Below, in pieces: positions 8,350 through 13,866 of a DNA stretch of 13,866 nucleotides. The position numbers and the translations under genes are program-made. The DNA lies in contig JBMGUZ010000072.1 in the NCBI GenBank assembly GCA_051530055.1, positions 1 through 13,866 of the forward strand. Reading direction: 5' to 3'. Under the pieces are notes generated by a model, which saw only the letters and a list, made by a program, of their open reading frames with translations, did not search any database and was not told where the DNA came from. The first letter of the stretch is position 1. Every line of letters begins with the position of its first letter. Source of the DNA: Neoechinorhynchus agilis. Lineage: Eukaryota; Animalia; Acanthocephala.

Positions 8350-9451
8350 AATAACGCAGTCATCTCGTGTCTCGAACAAATACTGGTTCGTAAATCAACT
8401 AATTTTTCAGACTAAAATAATCCCACAATTTTAAGCTTATTGTCACGAATAAACATATAAAAATCAATAAATTAGTTGTCCACTTACGCCGGATCCATAA
8501 ATTATATTTATAAAGCTTAACATCTTATTGAGTTTAGATAATTTTGCCCTACAAAATTTTTCTCGTTGCATGCCATTAAACGGTTTCTGCCCCTTTCTTA
8601 AACCCTTTTGAATCACACGATCATTTACACTGGTAATGTTTCATTATTTTGGTTTAAAAAGTTTAATATTTCATTTCGATACTCAACCACCAAAAGCGAA
8701 TTAATTTTTCCTCCGCCACTCATCAAGTCCCGGACATAATTTCGTTCTGCGAAATACCATCGATTTTGGCATCGTGATCGCGCTCTTAAAATGCGACAAA
8801 GCTATCGTTTCATAGTATTTCCAAATCTCTTCGATTTTCCTTTGGTCTGGATAAACCCGAATTCCCGCGAATGATTAATGATTTCTTATCTTAAAAACTT
8901 CGCATCATCCCACAATTAAAGATAAAAAATCATCTTTAGGAATGAGCTTCCATGATTAGCAATATTAGGTCTGAAGCATTCGACCGTGAGTTCAGCTCAA
9001 CAATATTCTCATCGCAAGATTTTTCGCCCTCAACCGCTGCATTCATGTAAACGATGTTCCAATCCTTTATGCCGTCCAGAACATAAAGGAAATTTATACT
9101 TGTAAGAATTTGTTCACAATTTGAGTATAAACTTCAGGCGTAAATAACAACGTTTCTATATCCATTCCAGATAACATAATCGCGGACGCCAATGGCACAA
9201 ATAGAGCTCAATTTATATTTGTCCTCATCTCTTAGTTTAAACTTAATCTGGCCGAACTGCTGTATTCGGAGTTCACTTCCACATTTGTCGAAGTTAAGAG
9301 AAGGGTTCGTAAGACTTTCTTTAAGAATAAAGAATGAGTCGACCTTTTCTGGTTTTTCTTGAAGTGTCTCTATGTCTTTTTTATAGATTGAGAAGGAAGG
9401 ACAGGCGAACGGAATTATGGCCCAGAACTTAAACACCAAAGCCGTTAACAT
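8350..9451 (-). CDS. Probable secreted or membrane protein gene or pseudogene; exon structure unresolved
   Basis: ORF 9451-9134 begins with a hydrophobic signal-like segment (MLTALVFKFWAIIPFACPSFS). The same frame stays open for 65 codons after its TGA. Further protein-like open frames lie at ~8874-8701, ~8790-8625 and ~8640-8488, the last ending at a perfect GTAAGT donor (8487-8482). No family recognised. Confidence 0.4.
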
Positions 9452-9871
9452 CTTTTGCTAGGATTTCAACTGCTCGTGAACTTAGCGACAAACGTCAGTT
9501 TGAGGTGCATTACTCATTAAAATCTCTATTTTATAAAATGAGTAAATGAAAACTTTATTCACATATTTTTCGAAAGCAAGTTTCGCTTTCCGTTGAGTCC
9601 AGTTTTTTATTTTGGGATCTTTTATTAAGATTTTTTAGATGAGATTGTTCAAAGCACATCACGAACCTTTCATAAACGAGAAACTGTTATGATTGAGCTT
9701 TAAGATTTATTTTTAAAATGCGACACATGATCATCTTCTAAAAATTCGAATACCATTCAGCTTTGAGGTTCACAAAATACACAGGAAATTGATATTTTTA
9801 TTAACCACATTTTTTTTTCAGCAAATGGCAACACCAACATTGCACACCAATAAATATTTATTATTAAAATT

Positions 9872-11184
9872 TCACTCAAACTCTAGACCCTCAAAACGTT
9901 TGTGTGATCCATACATTAGTTCATGACTATTAGAAAATGGATATCGTCCTTGATCAGGAAAATCTTCAGCCAGAATTCTTTTAAAACTTTCATCATCAAT
10001 GTGAGCTTCAATAATCAGCTGCAGTCCTTTTTGCGATGGAACTAATAAAAATTCTTTGCTGCGATTCCGATCATTCACGAGATAAGCCATATGATTGAAA
10101 AGTTTATGAATGATGCGAATAAGATAATCGTAGCTTTCATCAGTGGCGTTATTTAATTCATCAACAACCTTTATCATTTCACTATAAATGTTATTTTTAT
10201 CCAACAAAGAGTTCAATAACTTCACTGTCAGTTTTTTGTCAGCGTTGTACTCGTCAAAATCAGAGCATTGTGTTTCAAATGTCCGATAATATTTTAAGAT
10301 CATTAAAGCAACTTCACCGATCGATTGTATAGTTTGGGCAAATTTCCGAGAAGCAAACATTTCTTGAGATTGAAGATCGACAATCTCGTTTGATATCAAT
10401 TCCGCTTCTCGTAAACTTAAGCAAGGCTTCATCATTTTCTCCGATGTACTGAAAGTAACTTGATCCACCTTAATATCGAGAATCTTACGGTTGCAATTAT
10501 TTATTTGCTTCAATAATATTGATTTAATTCGATCAGCTTGACGCTTCCTGTCTCTTAAAAGCTTAATCGTAGAAGCCCAGGAAATATGTTGCTCTTTATT
10601 TAGTTTATCTTTATACTTTAATCGCTTTTCCGTTGCAACCTTTAATTGAACCTCCCATTCAGAACACTCACCTTCCAATCTAACAACCTCAGATTCTATT
10701 GCATGTATTTTATCCTGCTTCTGATTGAGAATCTCCATTAAATGAAGTCTATGATCCTCCAAATCAGACACTTTTAAAAGTGCGGATTCTCTTTTGGAAC
10801 CGATCGCATTTACCGACTTGCCAACTCTTTTTCTTGCCATTTGAAGTTCGAATTGCTTCGATCTTAAAACGTGTTCACTCTTTTGGTATTCGTGATTATT
10901 CGATTTTGCCATTAATTGAAGATCTCTGATTGTTTGGGCAAACCGTTTTGATTCTACTTTTAGTAAAAATGAACGAACAACGCTTGTTTCTCTATTTTTC
11001 TCAAGAGAAGTTAGCCGCGATCGCAAATCATTGTTCGTAGTTTCCAATCGAACATACAGCTCAGTCTTATCTCGATTTGTATCATCCAAAACTGCTGATT
11101 TACGCCTTAAATCATTAAACATCATTCTGAGATTTTGGATCTCACGAGAAGTCTCGATCTTCGTCGTTATGCCCTGCAACTCAT
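9872..11184 (-). CDS. Long coiled-coil protein; probable terminal exon of the gene starting at 12692
   Basis: Open frame of about 435 codons rich in L/E/K/R/Q with heptad character. It has no ATG at its 5' end (the track start is TTG). It is preceded by a branch-like CTGAC and a CAAAG acceptor at 11185. It ends in TGA with AATAAA at 9857-9862. Confidence 0.8.
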
Positions 11185-11369
11185 CTTTGGCAATAAATAG
11201 TCAGTTTGTTGAGAGAAAAGAGAAAACTAGTAAATTCAGATGGTAGGACAAGTGAATAATCTAAAATGGTTGGCCATTGGTTTATCACGAGACCGGAGAG
11301 TTCGCTACTTTTCAAAAAAAACAAATGGTAGAAATATTCGCTTGATTTCTAAAATGATGGTCAACAAAC

Positions 11370-12692
11370 TTACAATGTCATAAGTAAGGCATCTTTATCT
11401 TTGCGATGATTTCGCTTCAACAACTCAAGATCAGATTCACTCGATTCCGTGGCTCGTTTAGCGGCCACTAATTTGTCATGAAGCAATAATTTCTTCTCTT
11501 GAAAAGGTTCTAACTCAGCTTGCTTTTTAAGCACCTTAGAAATAAGAATTTCGATTTCCATTCGGATCTTAAACATCGATTCCCATGATTCATTGTCCGA
11601 TTGACTTTTAAGCATTTCCAAAGTCGTAAAAAGTTTAGAATTTCGTTCGTTTTTAATGCTCTTTGTATTTTGTAGTCGATCGGCTATCTGCTGTTCCAGA
11701 GCAGCAATACTTCGACGAGCTTGACTGCACTCGTCCATTATTGAGATTATTTGTTTATGCGTTTCGTCGGATGTTCTTTTCATTTTGCTCATTTCCTCTT
11801 TTGAATTTCTTAAATTTAATTTAGTGTTTACCTTTTGCTTCTTAAGGTCGTTAATTTTAGCTATGATTTGCTTCGAAGCGTTTTCGGTCAATTTGAGTGT
11901 TTCGTTTTGCACCTTCAGCTCAGATTGATTTTGAGTCAACAGTCTTTGTTTTTGCCCAAATCTCCACTTTACGTTGGAAACATCTTCGTTTAGCTTTGCA
12001 TTTACCACGTCTAACTCATTCATCTTCTTTGTGAGTATTCCGATCCACCGAATTATTTCGCTACTTTCCCTTTGCTGATTTCCAATATCCATATCAATGG
12101 CCGTTATTTTGGTTTCATAATTTCCAACTTCAATTCCGACTGCTTTTAACCTCGAAAACTCATTCTCCGTAGACCGATGAATCGTTTCTAAGACGTTATT
12201 CTGCATCTTTCGCTGTTCATCCAACGTCTTCAAATTAAACATCTCCTTGCCTAGTAATTGCTTCGCATTCTTATACTCTTCAAGCAGCTTTTCTCGATCC
12301 TTTCCAAACCGCTCAATAGTTAGGTTAAACCTTTTAACCTCCTTCTCAGTCTCATACGTTGCTCTCTTCTTCTCCTTTAAAAGTTTTGCAGCCTCTTTCA
12401 TGAAATTCAAAATTTCCGTTTTTTTCCTCGTCGTATCGATCAATAACTCTTCAGCTCTTTCCACCTTTTTCTTTATTTTCACCAAAGACGAAGTGTTCAA
12501 ATATTTATTTTTCAAGAGTTTTGTCTCCTTTTTCACCTCCCGCAAACTCGATTGTTGAACGCACATTGAACGTCCAAGAGCTTTGGTCTCCTCCTTTACA
12601 CCTTTGAGCATTATTTGCGTGCGATGCGATAATGCTCGAATGTGACTGATTTTATCTCGCAACGATTGCTTATATGCCGATTTTGGATCCAT
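11370..12692 (-). CDS. Long coiled-coil protein; probable first exon, possibly ciliary or centrosomal
   Basis: ATG-initiated 440-codon K/E/L-rich heptad ORF. Its apparent stop TAA lies inside a perfect donor TT|GTAAGT (intron starting at 11373), which indicates splicing rather than termination. I could not assign a family. Confidence 0.85.
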   Translation of the reverse strand: MDPKSAYKQSLRDKISHIRALSHRTQIMLKGVKEETKALGRSMCVQQSSLREVKKETKLLKNKYLNTSSLVKIKKKVERAEELLIDTTRKKTEILNFMKEAAKLLKEKKRATYETEKEVKRFNLTIERFGKDREKLLEEYKNAKQLLGKEMFNLKTLDEQRKMQNNVLETIHRSTENEFSRLKAVGIEVGNYETKITAIDMDIGNQQRESSEIIRWIGILTKKMNELDVVNAKLNEDVSNVKWRFGQKQRLLTQNQSELKVQNETLKLTENASKQIIAKINDLKKQKVNTKLNLRNSKEEMSKMKRTSDETHKQIISIMDECSQARRSIAALEQQIADRLQNTKSIKNERNSKLFTTLEMLKSQSDNESWESMFKIRMEIEILISKVLKKQAELEPFQEKKLLLHDKLVAAKRATESSESDLELLKRNHRKDKDALLMTL

Positions 12693-12765
12693 AATTTTCT
12701 ATATCTTCTCTGATGACTTTTTTCTCTCTCGAAAAACCCCATTTATGAGGATTTTATTCAGACGA

Positions 12766-12779
12766 GTTTCTATAGCGAC
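12766..12779 (-). promoter_or_regulatory. RFX-binding X-box, 74 nt upstream of the coiled-coil gene ATG, with an adjacent GC box
   Basis: The minus strand reads GTCGCTATAGAAAC, a full match to the X-box consensus GTHNYY-AT-RRNAAC. GGGCGG lies at 12793-12798 at the end of a G9 run. Confidence 0.65.
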
Positions 12780-12950
12780 CGGTAATGGGGGGGGGCGGAA
12801 CGCTTTTTATACCGATACAATACACTGATCGCTTTTTAATAAAATTAAAGAAAAAAAACTCGTGTGTTCGCATAGGCCACCAAAGTCCGATTATGAGAGT
12901 TTTCGTTTGAACAACATTTTCGTGATTTTTTTGTTTAAAAAAATCAAGTG

Positions 12951-13355
12951 ATGAGCGTTTTTACTAAATCGATGGAGATCGAAAAAGGAATAACGAAACG
13001 TATCAGTTGTTTGATCAAACGACAATTGATGAAAATTGAACAACTTCTTCTTGACAATTTAGCACGAAAACGGTTCCACATTTGCGGTCAGCGTTCTTAA
13101 GTTCAGCAATTGAATCTGTTTGTACATTTTAGGATCCTAAGAATTGAAAATTTTACGAATATTTATCATCCAATGGAGGGTAGGAACCGAACGAAACCCA
13201 TTTACGAGAATTGCGCTGAATTGTGGACATTTGAACGCAAGAATAAGCAATTGTTCGTGTAAACTTTGCGAGCGAGAGTCATAGAGACAAAAATCGAGTT
13301 TGAAGATTGCCAAGCAAATCGAATGTCAACAACGATTCAAATTCCACATTGGATA
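12951..13355 (+). CDS. Possible small divergently transcribed gene (~100 aa); speculative
   Basis: MSVFTKSMEIEKGITKRISCLIKRQLMKIEQLLLDNLARK can be joined by candidate introns (13073-13132 GTTCCA..TTTTAG, and a ~40-nt GTAAAC..CGAG intron) to ILRIENFTNIYHP..ELWTFERKNKQLF and LKIAKQIEC..HIG*. Donors are weak and no domain is recognised. Confidence 0.25.
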
Positions 13356-13497
13356 ACACAATTTTTAAAATGGTGTTTCATAGATTTGTGAAAAAAACAA
13401 CTTAAACGAGAATCACGGACATTCTTGGTCAAATTACTATTATATAATTTTATTTACAATAATCACAGTCCTTTTACAATTTTTTGGTGTCCTCTTC

Positions 13498-13866
13498 CTA
13501 TAAATGCTCAGTATCGTCCTGATTACTAAAATCCTTCATGGCAATCGTTTCGCCTATTGTAGTCGTTCCTAAATTCATTATTAGGAACCTTATTTTCTAT
13601 GACTTACTTTCCTTGCCCCGTCCGCTGATAACGACCGAATTTCCATTCCTACGGCGGCCTGCTCCACTGCAGAGTACGACGGATATAATCAGTAGAGTTA
13701 GTAAAAGAATAGTCAATATTATAATCATGACCAATATAGTTCGGTTGGTTGACAATGTGATTGCAGCCTTCACGATCCGCGGCATCGATTCACGGCATAA
13801 TCGGTATTCGTAGAGAGATTCATCGGACCGGTCGAAGCAGTGGTCGATACCGTCGCAAACTAGATC
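13498..13866 (-). CDS. 3' end of a single-pass membrane protein with an LDL-receptor class A repeat (partial; exons >13866-13608 and 13568-13498)
   Basis: The frame from the window edge reads DLVCDGIDHCFDRSDESLYEYRLC (LDLa C-terminal signature CDG.DHC.D.SDE). It is followed by the TM helix ILVMIIILTILLLTLLIISVVLC and the stop-transfer RRR. A 39-nt GTAAGT..TTTAG intron (13607-13569) joins the tail RTTTIGETIAMKDFSNQDDTEHL*. AATAAA lies at 13449-13454. Confidence 0.9.

Noticed and set aside
9872-9874. Genome-wide reassignment of TGA to a sense codon
   Set aside because: The coiled-coil gene ends at TGA with AATAAA 10 nt downstream, and none of the long ORFs needs TGA as a sense codon.
9872-12692. 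Assigning the coiled-coil gene to CFAP58, CCDC146 or SMC
   Set aside because: Only generic heptad similarity and one short coincidental-looking match (KRESALLK) were seen. There are no Walker motifs or recognisable family-specific termini.
1-13866. tRNA, rRNA, snRNA, spliced-leader RNA or telomeric/microsatellite target sites for the CRE elements
   Set aside because: None was recognisable by eye. An Infernal/Rfam and tRNAscan-SE run would be needed to exclude divergent RNAs.

Overview
AT-rich, gene-dense eukaryotic DNA with very short spliceosomal introns (39-53 nt where I could place them by hand). It is probably from a compact animal or holozoan genome, but I cannot name the organism. Well-supported genes, all on the minus strand, are a 5-exon PHF14-like PZP + PHD chromatin protein (764-2493), an intronless secreted alkaline-phosphatase-superfamily enzyme (5690-6706), two long coiled-coil ORFs that are probably one gene with an RFX X-box upstream (9872-12692), and the 3' end of an LDLa single-pass membrane protein (13498 to window end). 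Decayed CRE-clade (RLE-type) non-LTR retrotransposon relics lie at about 65-600 and 7050-8222. The most unusual structure is in the second relic: the endonuclease domain is split by an inverted RT-region fragment of the same element type, flanked by a 15-20 bp duplication. There are also a 212-bp tandem duplication and several poorly resolved multi-exon gene candidates. I do not see a clearly new multi-gene system. The findings are local oddities and hypotheses, and none has been checked by database search.
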